Of a DNA stretch of 64,000 nt, positions 37,913 to 51,116 are shown in pieces (the stretch's first letter is position 1; each line of letters opens with the position of its first letter). Source of the stretch: Octopus vulgaris. Taxonomy: Eukaryota. Made by a program: the position numbers and the translations under genes. The stretch covers positions 106,144,001 to 106,208,000 of the forward strand of contig OX597820.1 of the NCBI GenBank assembly GCA_951406725.2. Direction: 5' to 3'. The notes beneath the pieces are model-generated. The model was not told where the DNA came from. It worked only from the letters and a program-made list of their open reading frames with translations, and ran no database searches.

Positions 37913-38027
37913 AGAGAGTACATAAGGTTAAGTTATAAATATAAATACATGCACATATACATGCTTTTACAAATACATACATATACATAAATATACATAA
38001 ATACATATACCTACACTTAAATGTTTG

Positions 38028-38122
38028 TTGGACAGTTGTGATGAAAACTAAATTAAAATTGTTCTAGTTTTCATCACAACTATCCAATGAACAGAACTGT
38101 AAAACTCTGAGTAACAGTTCTG
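38028..38122. repeat. Two adjacent hairpins (23-bp and 9-bp arms)
   Basis: TTGGACAGTTGTGATGAAAACTA / TAGTTTTCATCACAACTATCCAA and CAGAACTGT / ACAGTTCTG. Confidence 0.8.
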
Positions 38123-38754
38123 TGATAATCTTGCATCTTTAATAAAAAGCATATTACTCTACCTTTGATATTTGAGTTCTATTTTTTCCATTTTGTTTTG
38201 CACTTAAGTGCTCCCTTGTGTGTGTATGTGTGCGTGTGTGTGTGTGTGCGTGTGTGTGTATGTATGTGTGTGTGTGTATGTGTGTGTGTGTGTGTAAATA
38301 TACACCATAAAAACCCATGTAATTTGTGCACCTGTATATTTTTACACAGGTGATTTTCAGGATAAAATTTGTTAAACAAAAGCTTCTACTCATGTAAAAT
38401 TCGTACCTAAAAGCTTTCAGAATTGCCGATATAGCCAGGAAAAAAAGGTTTCCAGTTTAGTTGTATTTAGTATAATTTCACTTACTCATGATTAGATTTT
38501 ATTAAATTTTCATTAAATAGAAATGATTTCTGTTTAACAGGTATCATATTGAAAGCTATTAAATTACAAAGTGTTTGTGTTATTTATCATAAACTTTATT
38601 GTAAGTTATGTGGATGTAAATAAATGAACAGCAGTTGTGAAGCAGTGATGAGGGCGAAACACAGAGACAAAGACGCACACATATATTTACATATATACAT
38701 ACATATATATACAATTGATTTGTTTCAGTTCCTGTCTACGAAATCCATATATAT

Positions 38755-39720
38755 TGTTGTTGGCATCCTTTTTGTCTCGGAGACAATGGATTTGCGCATA
38801 AAATAATCTAGTCCAGCTTTTACATTTCATGTCCTAATACATCTCCTGCCGTGGCTGTGTAGTCCTATCCTGGACAAACACACCCTCTGGCAGGTGCCGC
38901 AAATGTAGCGAAGACTTTGCCTGGCTGGTTGTAATGTCATAGTTTCTTGTTGACGTCTTTTCTTGTCTTTCCATTTCTCCTCTCTCTCTCTCTGTCACTC
39001 CTTTGTGTTCCCTCTTTTACGGTACGTCACCAATCTCCATGGTTACTGGCAATTGCTTCCCAGTTGGTAATATTGATGTTGCAGACATTCATGTCCTTTT
39101 TGCAAATATCCTTGTATCGTAAGAACAGTCTTCCCACAGACATAGTACCCCTAGCAAGCTGTCCGTTGAGCATGTCCTTGGGGATTCTGCCATCTTCCAT
39201 ACGACTAACATGCCCAAGCCATCTCATACGTCTTTGTGTGAGGAGTGCAAACATGCTTGGTATTCCTGCTTGCTTGAAGACATCTTTGTTGGGGACATGA
39301 TTCTGCCACTTGATGCGAAGGATTTTCCGGAGGCAGTGCAGATGAAAGATGTTTAGGCGACGCTCTTGGCGTGTGTATGGCATCCAAGTCTAACTTCCAT
39401 ACAGTACAGTGCTAAGTACACATGCCTGGTAAATCTTCATTTTTGTGGTCTTGGTCAGTTTATTGTTGTCCCATGCCTGTTTGGAGAGTTGGGCCATCAC
39501 AGCAGCTGCCTTGCCAATGCGTATATTGAGCTCAGCATCAAGGGATAGGTTGTAGGTGATGGTAGAGCCAAGATAGGTAAACTTCTTCACCTCCAATATG
39601 TGGTCTCCAATATGTATGTTTGGGATGTCCGATGTAGCCTAACCTATGATGTTGGTCTTCTTGGGGTTGATAACTAAGCCAAAGTTGCCACATGCTCGCT
39701 CAAAACAGTTGATGAGCCTT
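38755..39720 (-). mobile_element. Second, distinct RTE-clade LINE family, 3' part
   Basis: FTYLGSTI..RIGKAAA..IYQACVLSTVLYGS, CLRKILRIKWQ, RMRWLGHVSRMEDGRIPK, C-terminal CGTCQRVCLSRIGLHSHGRRC. Terminal CCATTGTCTCCGAGAC..GGATGCC + CAA repeats. Confidence 0.9.
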
Positions 39721-39959
39721 TGTCCGATCAATGAAGGCCATATGATAGCATTTTCTACTCTCTGGACTTCTGAAGTTGGCATATGGAGAATATCATGTCA
39801 ATAGTTGATCTGCTTCTTCTAAAGCCACACTGCAATTCTGGATAAATTTGAGAAGCAAGCAGTTGTATACTGGACAGGATAATGCAAGCAAAGTACTGAT
39901 ACAATTAATAGAAGGAAGATAAGAGGAGGAGATGGCAAAGTGGGGTTGGCAGCAAGAGC

Positions 39960-40870
39960 AGGATGGGAAAGGCAATCATTGTCCATGATGAGAGGTAGTT
40001 TACTTCACTGGTGGAAATGTGGGGTTGAATCAATGTAACATGTGGGTGAAGAGCACAAAATACACAGCATTTGCAGGACTCATTTTCACTGAGGTGGACA
40101 GGTTTTCTTGAGAACCTCATATCCTGGTCCTTGTCATCTTTTCTGTTAGGCTCAACACCTGAAGGTAATTTTGTACTACTTCATCCCACATCTTTCTAAA
40201 TCTCCCTCTTCTACAGTTTCCATCCACTTTAAACATAAGCAATTGATATTTCTTTATACAACGGTCGTCATTCATATGCATCATATGGCCATACCAGCAC
40301 AGCCTTCTCTCTCTTGCACACTACAGCTGATTTCTCTTATGTCTACTTTTTCTCTCAACACATTTACTCTTTCTCACACATGCACACTAGAGTTGCACAT
40401 CCATTGAGGCATACTAACTTCATTCCTCTCTAGTCTTCATATGTTCTCTGCATTCAAAGCCCATGTAGCATAGCTGTTTGTACACAAGTATCATACAATC
40501 TGCCTTTGACTCTGAGAGAGAGAGAGACCTTTTGTAACCAACAGAGGTAATAGCTTTCTGAACTTTTGCTATCCTATTCTTATTCTAGCAACTATACTTT
40601 CAGAACATTCTTCTCCATTGCTAATTAGGTCACCTCAATAACAGAGACTATATACATCAAAGGAATCTCCTGGGCATTTGAGAAAATCTAATTCCTGTGT
40701 ACCCTTAGTGTTTATTGTTTCTGAATATATGCCACACAAAAAGGCTATTTTCTCTGTTAACCTTCCTGTGATTCCACTGCACCTTTCATATGCCCATAGC
40801 TTGCACTGGGTACATGGTATGGAATTCTTTCCATCACCTTTCTTACATATCAAGTAGGGTCATCAGCATA
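39960..40870 (-). mobile_element. Old RTE LINE fragment (main family)
   Basis: Minus strand YADD at 40859-40870 joined by a deletion to ICKKGDGKNSIPCTQCKLW and the C-terminal region. Confidence 0.8.
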
Positions 40871-41133
40871 TAATAATTTCCAAGGGACATGATGAGTAAG
40901 AGGAGATTGTGTGCCAAACCGTAGTGAACTCCTACTTGTACACTAAATTCATCATTGCACTCGCAGCTGACTCTCACTTTAATGACAGCACCCTGTACAC
41001 AGTTGAATGGCTCCAACAAACCATTTGTCTACTTCTCATTCCTTAGAGACCACCTCATTATAGAGTCAAGAGCTTTCTCATACACACACACACATACACA
41101 TATATGTGTGTGTGCACGTGTATATATGTATGT

Positions 41134-41470
41134 ATATTGGATTGTTAGATAAATTTGTTCAGTTTTTTCTCCCACTTAAGTTAATCCTTATTTTTCATCA
41201 ACAATTTTAACAACTCAATCCATGATATATTCTCATTTATTGTTCATGACTTCTTGCCAACACTCCACAAGCTTTTCAACACCTTGGTGGTGAAATTCAG
41301 CAGGTCCTGACTTGAAGAATTCCTCATGACCCATTTTCAGCTCCAAGTCATTGCTGAATAAAACTGTCGGACAGCAATCAAAAACTGTAATATTCTGAAG
41401 GTGTTAAATCAAGAGAATATGGTGGGTGCAGTAGAACTTCCCAACCAAGTTCTTAAGTAGTATTTTTTGG
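41134..41470 (-). mobile_element. Mariner transposase C-terminal remnant
   Basis: Minus strand ELGWEVLLHPPYSLDLTPSEY..GVEKLVECWQEVMNNK*EYI. Confidence 0.8.
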
Positions 41471-43794
41471 TCAAATTAGGAATAAGCTTCTTTTAGTCAT
41501 TAGGCTTTGGTTGGCCCAGACTACAATAGAAGATACTTGTCCAAGGTGCCATACAGTGGGACTGAACCTTAAACTGCATGGTCGGGAAGCAAATTTCTTA
41601 ATGACACAACCATATTTCCAGACACAAACATGCATTTATACATGCATATATACATATAGCATTCATATGAACCATTCATAATAATGTCATTCATCACAAT
41701 AAAGCTATTTTAATACTGAATTGCATGACTATCATTTTTATTGATAATACATAAGAGATTAGGTGTGCTTATTGTTACATATCTTATACATACCAAAAAT
41801 AATGTAAGGTTCTGTGTTAATTAATGCTACACTTAACGAACAATACAGAGGTTTGTATAAGTCGTGATACTACTTCAGAAGTATGCTGCTCTGGGAGGTC
41901 TTCAGTAGGAAGCTGTGAGAGCAGGCATTTTATTTGTTTATTGTTGATGCATTTAACATTTGCATCTAATCTCTAGCTTCAGTTGAGTAGCTGCTGTTTG
42001 TAGAATAGATCACAGGTTGCAACAAGATTTCTTGAGAGCCAATCCTCTTTTTCAACGCCATTTTTTTCTGGCAACTTTGCCAAGAAATGAAAATCAGCTA
42101 ACAGCATTGTATTCTCTTGTAAGATAAAGTGTAGGAGGCTGTTAAAATAAGCCATTATTTACACTTTTTTTTGCATTATATTGGATTGTGGGATATTGTT
42201 GTTGAGATTCTTGATGACAACCCATTTGGCAAACAACCCATTCTTGTGAAGTGGAATGTTTTCCATTGTGCAGATATCTTTGACAAAAAGAAACAAGTCA
42301 GTAGAAATTGTAAATCAGCTAACTAACTGTTTCATGGTTTTTAGTTTTGCCATGCGTTTCTGAATTCTGAATCTTTTTAGAATTAACCCTCAACTTCATT
42401 AATCCAATGTAGTATGATAAATACCAGCAGTATGTTAATAAATTAATAACAACTCAATTAATTACATGCCCACCTTACCTATATAAAACCTGACTTTGTG
42501 CCCAGTCAAAAGTAATCAGTCAAAGCATGGCATCAAAGATAATATAACTTTATCACAGTTTTGTATAATTTGAAATAAGATTCATTTCACAGAAATAATT
42601 GTCCAAAGTCAAATGTTCTCACTCAGGTAAATAACATCAAGGCTACATTTTATAGCTAAGAAATAATGTTAATTTAATTGGCTTTGGTATATTACTGGTA
42701 TATATTTCAAAGATTTTAGGGTAACTAACAGCCAAGCCAAACCCAGAGGAACTCAAAATGTTAGAGAAGGCCCTCATTTGTTACTGGTATGTATTTCATT
42801 GGCCTTAGGAGTATTAATGATAGAGTTAAATGCAGTGATATGTAATTTTAAAAAGGTAGAAAAGGCCTAGTGTATTACCTGTTTGTGTTTCATTGACCTT
42901 AAGAGAAACTAGTATCAAAGCTAAATCCAGTGCCCCTCAAGCTCAGAACATAGAAAAAGTATTTGGCATAAAGTACATTTCATTTGTGTTTTTCTAGATT
43001 TATCATCAGGAATCTTTTTTACCAATTTAGAAGCTGTGAGACATTGTAAATATTACAGATAAATCAAAATTGACCTTCCAATATATTAAATGACCAAATC
43101 ATTTACACAATTTCTTATAATTTTATGGATACATATTTCCATTTCGATAAGATGGCCTTTACTATGAAAAAAAAAGAAGCTTAAGTTGATTTTGACAGAA
43201 CTTCTTAGATTTATAGACTGTGAATTACATGTTAAATGTGTAGGCCACAGACCACTAAAACTTCTCAAATACTATTGAATGTGAATGTTGATATCTCACA
43301 TTAGAGGTTAACTGGTTAAAGGTATGGGAGAAAAGGTAATGGATAACCAGCTCACACATCATCATCCAATCAGATGTTTCATTGTGTTTCTAGCCAAAAC
43401 ATTATACTTGATATGCTTCAGTGAACTTGGCTGTCAGGAATAGGTACCAGATACTCTGGAAATATTTTATGGCTTTATGCCTATCACAAGAAGGAAATGA
43501 AGAAACCACTTCCGTGTATCATTTCATAGAAAATGCTGTAAATTCTTCAGCAACATACTTATAAAATTTGCTTTCTACTTAACAGCTAATAAATGACTGA
43601 CTCAACATGTGCAGAAAAGTCTTGTGTTTATAAGGTGTGAGTGGGGAGAATAAGACTGAGTGACGTTCATGACTCTAGCATGAAGATTAATGATGTGGTT
43701 TAAAATAGCTACACTGAAGGAATCAAGTTTGGTCGGACAAACAAGATAAATACAATATTTGATAACTACTGTGTATGAAACTCTCAGTCCTTAC

Positions 43795-43992
43795 CCCCTT
43801 AACATACCTAACCCAATCAGCTACCTGTTTTAAGTACAAACTAGCCAGATCTAGTTTCTCATACCTATGTTATTCTGAAATAAGCAATCACATCATCAAA
43901 ATCTTGGAGCTTCAAGATAATGCAGGATTAATTTGAAACGATGGGAATAAAATAAGTATTACATTTGAGAAAGTAATCTGAATGCTAAAGGG
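43795..43992. mobile_element. Degenerate piggyBac-type MITE
   Basis: Ends CCC(C)TTAACAT.. / ..ATGCTAAAGGG with TTA(A)-like flanks. Confidence 0.5.
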
Positions 43993-44829
43993 TTATGTCA
44001 CTTTCATAACATCCGCTCATTAAAAATAAAATGCAATGAGGAATCGAAATTGGTTGAGGATTTAGTTTATTGAAAACTTATTTCTACTCTGGTACTTTGT
44101 ACATTGCAACTGAAAATTGAAATACTTGCCAGCAGCGATTAAACTCAAAGGACTGAGTCATTTTTTTTGTTTTAAAGTCAACATACATTTTACTGCTTCC
44201 CATCATTGATCTGCTCCCATGCTGGGGCACTGCCTTTTAAGGGTTTTGGTTTTTTAATGGATTTTATTGATCCTGGTTCATATTGATCTGAGTTCTTATT
44301 TCTGCCTGGAATCTATATTTTATATACATCTACAGTGGTGTGTTTCAACAGTTTATTTTATTACACAGGAGTTGTATATTTACAGAAATGTACTTCCATA
44401 GCAAGTGACTTGATCTGAGATTGTGTGCTGAAACAAAAACAATGCAGAATGAAGTTTTGTCAGTGAACAGGTTGCAGTTTCAAAGCAATGAAAATATTTT
44501 GGCACAAATTAAATTTAAATGTGAAACTAACGGTTTTTGTGTGTTCTTAAATGGCTTACAAACATTTTCCATACTGCAATTGCTTTAGTTGTATATTTGT
44601 TTTCACTTAAGTCAAAGCATAAAGATTTCAATTATATTAGACTCAATAGATCTAAACTGATTTATTCTCAGTACTTTGTTGATATAAACTACAATTATTG
44701 CTTCCATGCAGGGATCATGAAGAGATCCCAAATCTCAGAAATATTAGAATATAACATCTGAACATCCAAAACATATTGCAATAGAGCAAGTTGGTCTAAA
44801 ATTAAAAAAAAAAAGGTGGGTACAGAATG

Positions 44830-45240
44830 TCAGCCAGTTCTTGGCTTGAGCTTTGTTTAGTTTCAATGACTGCTTGACTATATTGTGGCTTTGAGGAAAC
44901 CAGCCTGTGACATTGCTCAAATGTGATAGAAGCCTAGGAGGCCTTAATAGCAGCTTTCAGCTCTGCCTGATTGCTTGGACACAAGTTGATCACCTTTACA
45001 TACATTATATATGGGGCTCAAATGAGGAGAGATACTTTGTCATGGAAGTCTGATTAGTGTGATGATCAGCAAAGCAGGCAGTGGGTGCTTTGGTACTATG
45101 TGCAGGTGCCACGTTCAGCTGGAACCGAAATTCTACATTACCAAATAGCCTGCCAGCATTAAAAGCTCCAAGTTTTCTTAGTAGATTGTTGTGAACCTGT
45201 AGAAACACAATGCATGACACAGTAAACATTCCATTTAAAA
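44830..45240 (-). mobile_element. Tc1-like transposase remnant
   Basis: RLFGNVEFRFQLNVAPAHSTK resembles the FQQDxAPxH catalytic region. ELKAAIKAS*ASIT follows downstream. Confidence 0.65.
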
Positions 45241-45359
45241 TCTTTCTACCACCACCACTACCACAACAACAACAACAGCAATAACAGTTTGAAGAAGATT
45301 GAACCCAAATTTTCACAAACTAACCTTACTTCTCCACATGCTACTGCTGTTGCCTCAGT

Positions 45360-45404
<45 letters not shown>

Positions 45405-45409
45405 CAAGA

Positions 45410-45960
45410 CCACTGGAAATCATTGAAATATCTATTTTACAGTAATGATGTCAGCCACTGTTAGTGGGAAAAGCTGCTACCATATGTGAGAAAGCCCTTG
45501 TTCATTAAGATTGATGCCCACAAGAAAAGTGGTTTGATGTTTGATTCTGAGATAATAAGTGACTGGAGCGATACAGTGTAGGGGCAATGTCCAAGGGGTC
45601 TGTTGAAACATCTGCTCTTACTAGGGTTTGATGCATTTAGATACTAATGAAACAGCTGAAATTTTGAAATCTGATCTTTTTATCATTCCTGGTGAGATGA
45701 CCACTCTTCTACAATCTTTGGATATCAGCATGAACAAGCTTTTGAAGTTGCATGTTTGGATCAAGTGGATCCAGTGACTGGCAAAGGGGCAAAAGTTCAT
45801 TAGTTCAACACACTGCATTCACTGAGCAGAGCTCTCCTTTATAAGTACATAGCCCCTGAAAGCCTGGAGGAGCATCTCTGAAGCTATTTTTATAAATTCT
45901 CTCAAAAGATGCTGCATTACAACTGCACTGGTTGGTAGTGAAGACAATCCTTTTTTTGGA
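45410..45960 (+). mobile_element. pogo/Tigger-like transposase remnant
   Basis: LLLGFDAFR and IIPGEMTTLLQSLDISMNKLLKLHVW match the pogo PxxxTxxLQPLD motif. Confidence 0.7.
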
Positions 45961-47384
45961 AGAGCAATTTTAGGATGACTCTTTGGATAACGACATGGGA
46001 GGTGATCAAGGCAGCATTGACAATGCTGACAGTTATGTGGTGACATCTACCTTTGATATGAACAGCAATGAAGTCGACTCTCTCAGGTTTGATGGCAAAT
46101 CAGCAGTTGCTGAAACATGAACTGCTAAATTTCTAAACGAGAACCTCCTCCTCCTCCTCATCATCATCATCATCAGCAGCAGCAGCATCCTCACTCTTCT
46201 ACCTCCCCCCATTCTCCTACCCCTCCCTGCCACAGCCGCCACCACCACCATCATTGTCATCATTATCATTTTCATGTACACTTTTCTATGCTCACATGGG
46301 TCAAATGGAATTCATTAAGTTAGATTTTCTGCAGCCATGAGCTCTTGCTATCATCAACCCTCACCTGTTTCCAACTAAAGTAATATTTCCCCATAACTAG
46401 ACAGGTTTCCATGGAAGATTGGAAACAAAAGACATTGTACAGTGATGATGCTTGTTCACAGCTCTTACATGCTGCCCACATGCATGCACACATACACACA
46501 CACATGCACACATCCACACACTTACATATATGACAAGTTTCTTTCAGTTTCCATTTAGTAAATTTACTTACAAGTCTTTAGTTGGCCTAGGGATATAAAA
46601 GACACTTGCCCAAGATTCCATACAGTGGGCCTGAACCTTAAATCATGTGTCTGGGAAGCAAACTTCCTAACCATACAGCTGCTCTTGTGTCTAGAGCCAT
46701 GCTGCACTTGTCAGTGTACATGCATCAATAGTAAATGTCTAAATTCTAAGTGAATTTGGCAAATGGGTAAAATCAGTCTGAAACTAAAAAAACAAAAACA
46801 ATCAGTTTGTTAGTGTGTGATTACATCACTGTTCTGTTATTGGTACATAGTTAAAACTGAGATGTGATTAAAACATTGGTAGCCACTCCTGTATTTCTTG
46901 TTTCCTGTAAATGTAATTTCATGGGACATTAATTGTGTTGACACCAATAATGGTGCAGACTGTTTATTTATAGTATGAAGTCACACACACTTTTGAATGA
47001 ATTTTTGTCATGATGAAAACAAAATAAAACAGGATTTCATTTCTACCAAAGTTACTTTTGTTTTCTGATTACTCCACATCAATAATATATGAGCAAAATT
47101 TTACTGATTTTAGTGAGATATTGTTTTATTCATTTTGAGCAGTCATGCATGGTGTGTAAACGTCATGCAACAGGTATCAATATTTCATCAGCATCATAAA
47201 CTTTACATCGTTACACATCAGTTACTTTTGACAGCAGATATAACTTATTTCTGATCAAGTCATTTTTAATATTGACTTGCATTTGGCCCAGAAAAAAAAA
47301 GTGAATTCCTGTGTATATTACACACTCTTAATGTTTAGGTTTAAAAATCTCTAGAAGGAAAATATGTTATACACTGAAATAATG

Positions 47385-47707
47385 TGTTCAGAAGTTTGCT
47401 TCCCAACCATGTGGTCTTGGATTTAGTAACATTGCAGGGTATCTTGGGCAAGTATTTTCTTCTATAATCCAGGTGAACTAAAGCCTTGTGAGTGGATTTG
47501 GTAGTTGGAAATTGAAAGAAACCAATTATAATATATATATATATCCGATTGTGGCCGTTTGCCAGCCTCGTCTGGCACCTGTGCTGGTGGCACGTAAAAG
47601 CACCCACTACACTCACGGAGTGGTTGGCGTTAGGAAGGGCATCCAGCTGTAGAAACACTGCCAGATCAGACTGGAAAACGGACGTTAAACGATGATGATG
47701 ATGATGA
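47385..47707 (+). mobile_element. SINE B 5' half followed by an RTE 3' terminal fragment with (GAT)n
   Basis: SINE core 47385-47525. RTE end 47546-47707 closely matches 6770-6999, with an internal deletion. Confidence 0.8.
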
Positions 47708-48169
47708 TATATATATATAGTTTACTTTACTGTTCAAGTAAGATCAGCAAAAACAATTCTCCATCTGGTAAGATATAAATTTTGTATAATGTATATATAG
47801 TTATGAGCTACGAATAGTTTCATACATTAGAGACATGGTTTTGACAGGTTTTTATAACATGCTTAGTATTTCCAAGTAATCTTCAGTCTATGAGCACATA
47901 ACCTGTACAAGTTACAAATCAAGGCAATAGAACAAGAAAAATCACAAAGAAAGCAAAAGGGAAGTGGATGAAAAGAATAGACAGGTGAGAAAAATGGAAA
48001 AAGAAAAGAAAGAGGGAGAATTAGAGTTATGTCCCCTTTGAGCGTAAAGCCATAATAAGGCCAGTTGGTGTAGAATGGAGAGAGAGACCTCTGTCTAAAG
48101 TTCACAACACAGCTACTCATTTCAGAGAGTTGGGGTGTCCTCCAAACTACCAAAAGAAACTTGTCCATA

Positions 48170-48560
48170 TTCTTTTATTCTTTTATTTGTTTCAATCATT
48201 TTGACTACAGCTATGCTGGAGCACCGCCTTTTAGTCAAACAAATTCACCCCACGACTTATTCTTTGTAAGCCTGGCCCTTATTTTATCAGTCTCTTTTGC
48301 TGAACCGCTAAGTTACGTGGACATAGACACGCCAACATAGGTTGTCAAGTGATGGTAGGAAGACAAACACAGACAGACACACGCACACACATATACAACG
48401 GGCTTCTTTTCAGTTTCCGTCTACCAAATCCACTCACAAGGCTTTGGTCAGCCTAAGGCTATAGTAGAAGACACTTGCCCAAGGTGCCATACAGTGGGAC
48501 TGAACCCAGAACCATGTGGCTGTTAAGCAAAGTATTTACCATGCAGCCACTCCTGCACTT
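48170..48560 (-). mobile_element. SINE family B, full length
   Basis: Complete head-to-tail match in reverse orientation. Confidence 0.9.
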
Positions 48561-48614
48561 GTTTACATTTGCTGAAAATTTCTTATCTGGAATTCAGCAG
48601 TGCAGTTCAGTGTT

Positions 48615-50490
48615 ATGAAAGCCACTGAGAGGGTTATTGCTGGGTAATTACAGAGTTGACTTATATGGGATGCAGTTTGGTTTCATGCCTGGGAGAAGTA
48701 CTACCGATGCTCTCTTTATAGTTTGGCAACTACAGGAGAAGGATTTAGCAAAAAGTAAACCACTGTACTTGGTTTTGGCAATCTGGAGAAAGCCTTATTT
48801 GGTGGTTGTTATGGAAACTACAAGTAGATGAATGGGTTGTGAGAGCCATTCAAGCCATGTACAGGGTTGCTGTCAGCATGTGAGAGCTAATAAGTACAGT
48901 GATGAATTTAGTGTGGAGTTCATTAGTGTTCAGCTATTTATCACAGTCCTCTAGGTCATAATGGTGGAATTTAAGATTGGTTGCCCATAGGAACTCCTCT
49001 ATGCTAACCTTGTTCTCATAGCTTTAATAGAATTAGAAATGAAATGTCAGGTGTGGAAGTAAAACATAGAATCAAAACGTTTTAAACTTAGTTTCTAGTT
49101 AGCAGGAAAAGAGATGGGACACTAATCTCTTCAGGTAAATGGCCCTGTCCTATATGTAGACAAGGTGTATGTAGAAATTCTACATGGCATCTTCAGTGTA
49201 GACTATGGACACATATGAGATACAGTGGAATCACAGAAAGGTTAATGGAGAAAGTAGAATTTGTTTGTGGCAGATGTGCAGAAGCAATAAATAATAATAA
49301 CATATGAGAAATAGATGTTCTGAAATTCTCAGGAGGCTCTCTGGAAGTAGTAGACAGTTTCTGTTACCTAGGTGACCGAATTAGCATTGGAGGGGTATGC
49401 TTTGAAAATATAGTTGTTAGAATAAGAACTGGTTGGAGAAAGATCAGAGAACTTTTTCCTTTGGTGGCAACAAAAAGCTTCTCTCTCAAAGTGAAAGACA
49501 CATTATACAATACCTGTATAAAAACAGTAAGCCAGATGGTTATGAAATTTGGACTGTGAATGCAGAGGGTATGCAAAGACTATAAAGGAATGAAACTAGC
49601 ATGCTTCAATGGAAGTGCAATGTCAGTGTGCATGTATGACAAAATACAAATGTGCTGAGTGAAAAATTGGGCATAAGCAGATGTGGTGAACAGAAGAGAA
49701 GATTGCACTGGTATGGTCATGTGATCCAGATGGCTCAAAGAAATGCCAATGTACAAAGAAGTGCCAATGTCTTCCTGGGGAAGAGGAAGACGTGGGATGA
49801 AGTAGTGAAGACCAACCACGAGATGTTGAACCTCTCTGAGGAGATGATGTGGTACTGAGGAGATGAATGGCAATATGCTGTGCTTAAGAAGACTCTTCTA
49901 TCTCAGCAGATGGAACTCGTCTTCTAACCCTCATCTTCTATCAAGCTTCTATGTTACCTTATTTCCTTCCTCCACCTCCCACCCACTGAACTGATATTCT
50001 CTGCATCCAACTCATTCCCTATCTCTATTCATCTATCACACTATTCTCACTTAGAATCACTTATCTACACACCCAACTTTTCTACTCTTCTATCCTATTC
50101 TGTCTCTCATTTGTAGTTTGATCTTACCCCCCTCTCTCTCTCTCTCTCTTTCTTTCTTTTCAGGTGGGCACACCATGAGTTAACTTCTTCAGCAAGACAC
50201 CTACTCCTGTCCCTCTATTCTAGTTTCTTACTCATTCTATATCCTACTCACTTTAGGGATCTTGTCTTGCAGTTGCTTGGTAACCTCACTGGTGCTGGTG
50301 CCATGTCAAAAGTACCCAGTACACTTTGTTAAGCAATTGGCATTAGGAAAGGCATTTAGTAGTAGAAACCCTGCCAAAGCAGACACTGGAATTCAGTACA
50401 GCCCTCTGACTCATTTGTTCTTGCCAAAACACACAGTTCATGCCAGGACGGAGCTATGGATGTTAAATGATGATGATGATGATGATGATG
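48615..50490 (+). mobile_element. Old RTE LINE pseudogene with pyrimidine-rich 3' UTR
   Basis: MQFGFMPGRSTTDALF, RLHWYGHV, RKTWDEVVK. Terminal GGATGTTAAAT(GAT)n. Confidence 0.85.
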
Positions 50491-50896
50491 TAAATCTCTG
50501 CACACACGTGTTTATATTTGTGTTTTGTTGCCATCACTACCACAATTTGACAATCAGTGTTGGTTTGCTTACTTTCCTATACCCTAGAGATAGAATAATT
50601 ACCAGGCTTAAAGGAAAGAGAAAAAAAGTAAAGTACTGGGCTTGATTTGTTTGACTGAACCCTTCTAGGTGTGCTCCAGTATGGCCATAGTCCAATGACT
50701 GAAACAAGTAAGAGATAATAAGATAGAAGATAACTTTACATATGTATTGTATATTTACAAAACAGTAGTTATACAGAAGAGGTACCAAACTGGTAAGAGT
50801 TGTTAGAGTGTTAAATACAATACTTTGCAGAATTTGATTTAGCTCTCTGCACTCTGAGTTCAAAGCCCACTGAGGTCAACATTGATTTGGAGTTAA

Positions 50897-51116
50897 CCCT
50901 TTCGTTACCAACCTGGCTGAAACCAGCTCTGGCTCTGAGTACAAATGTCTTGTTTTTATAAGTTTTGAATTAAAATTTTCCACCAAACATTAGTCACAAT
51001 TTATGTTCTTAACACTAGCTTAATGATAACCAAGTTATTTTACTAAATTCTTTGTTATATTTAAAGTAATTGAGAGAAACACAGAGCATCTCAACATAAA
51101 TATGATAACAAAAGGG
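50897..51116. mobile_element. piggyBac-type MITE inserted in a SINE A copy
   Basis: TTAA duplicated at 50893-50896 and 51117-51120. TIRs CCCTTTCGTTACC / GATAACAAAAGGG. Confidence 0.85.
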
